A stretch of DNA of 64,000 nucleotides from positions 74,619,367-74,683,366 of the forward strand of contig NC_068989.1 of assembly GCF_001194135.2 (NCBI RefSeq), written 5' to 3'. Shown one piece after another: positions 63,684-64,000 of this stretch. The notes under the pieces were generated by a model. That model ran no database searches and was not told the DNA's origin. It was given only the letters and a program-made list of their open reading frames with translations. The translations under genes were made by a program, and so were the position numbers. This stretch comes from Octopus bimaculoides (Eukaryota). Position 1 is the first letter of the stretch; each line of letters begins with the position of its first letter.

Positions 63684-63792
63684 CTTTATTTAAAAGCAGC
63701 AGAAATATAACAAAAAAACCGTTACTATGAGTTTCACGTTCCCGTTCAGAGTAACGATTTTTTTGTTATATTTCTGCTGCTTTTAAATAAAG
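63684..63792. repeat. Near-perfect hairpin, 43-bp arms with 1 mismatch and a 23-nt spacer
   Basis: CTTTATTTAAAAGCAGCAGAAATATAACAAAAAAACCGTTACT (63684-63726) vs its revcomp at 63750-63792. Confidence 0.93.
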
Positions 63793-64000
63793 TACATATA
63801 TATATATATATATATACACAATCATACAAACACAGAAACACAGAGAAACACAGACATATATATATGGCTGTGTGTGTGTGTGTGTATGCGAGTGTGTATG
63901 TGCATATATACACAGATATATATATGTGTGTGTACATGTATATATTATGTGTGTGTATATAAATATATGTATGTGTGTATATGTATATATATGTATATGT

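Noticed and set aside
4776-63937. Numerous ORFs such as MCVCVCV, THTHTH, YIYIYI, MYVCMYVC, poly-D/I/V/M and X-filled ORFs
   Set aside because: They are translations of microsatellites or N gaps, not genes.

Overview
Eukaryotic, AT-rich, microsatellite-laden genomic DNA with 11 N-gaps. The repeat content (RTE LINEs, tRNA-derived SINEs, abundant (CA)n, (TA)n and triplet repeats) suggests an octopus or other cephalopod genome; this is inferred, not proven. The only host protein-coding content I can support is a same-strand tandem array of family-B (secretin/Methuselah-like) GPCR genes. Three have intact single-exon CDSs (931-2811, 9712-11619, 51336-53300) and one is a 5'-truncated, SINE-disrupted pseudogene (about 32143-34213). 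Each intact gene encodes a signal peptide, a somatomedin-B-like Cys knot, two (Y/F)xNxxCAxCN Cys-rich modules, a juxtamembrane Cys module with no GPS motif, and a 7TM domain. The array shows birth-and-death evolution with signs of sequence exchange: an 80-nt tract identical between the most divergent paralogues, a mosaic pseudogene, and hypervariable extracellular 7TM faces beside conserved intracellular loops. The space between genes is filled with defective transposons: six IS630-Tc1-mariner elements from five lineages, two Helitrons, three RTE LINEs and several SINEs. There are also minisatellites (one repeats TATAAAA plus TGACTCA six times) and several inverted-repeat structures.
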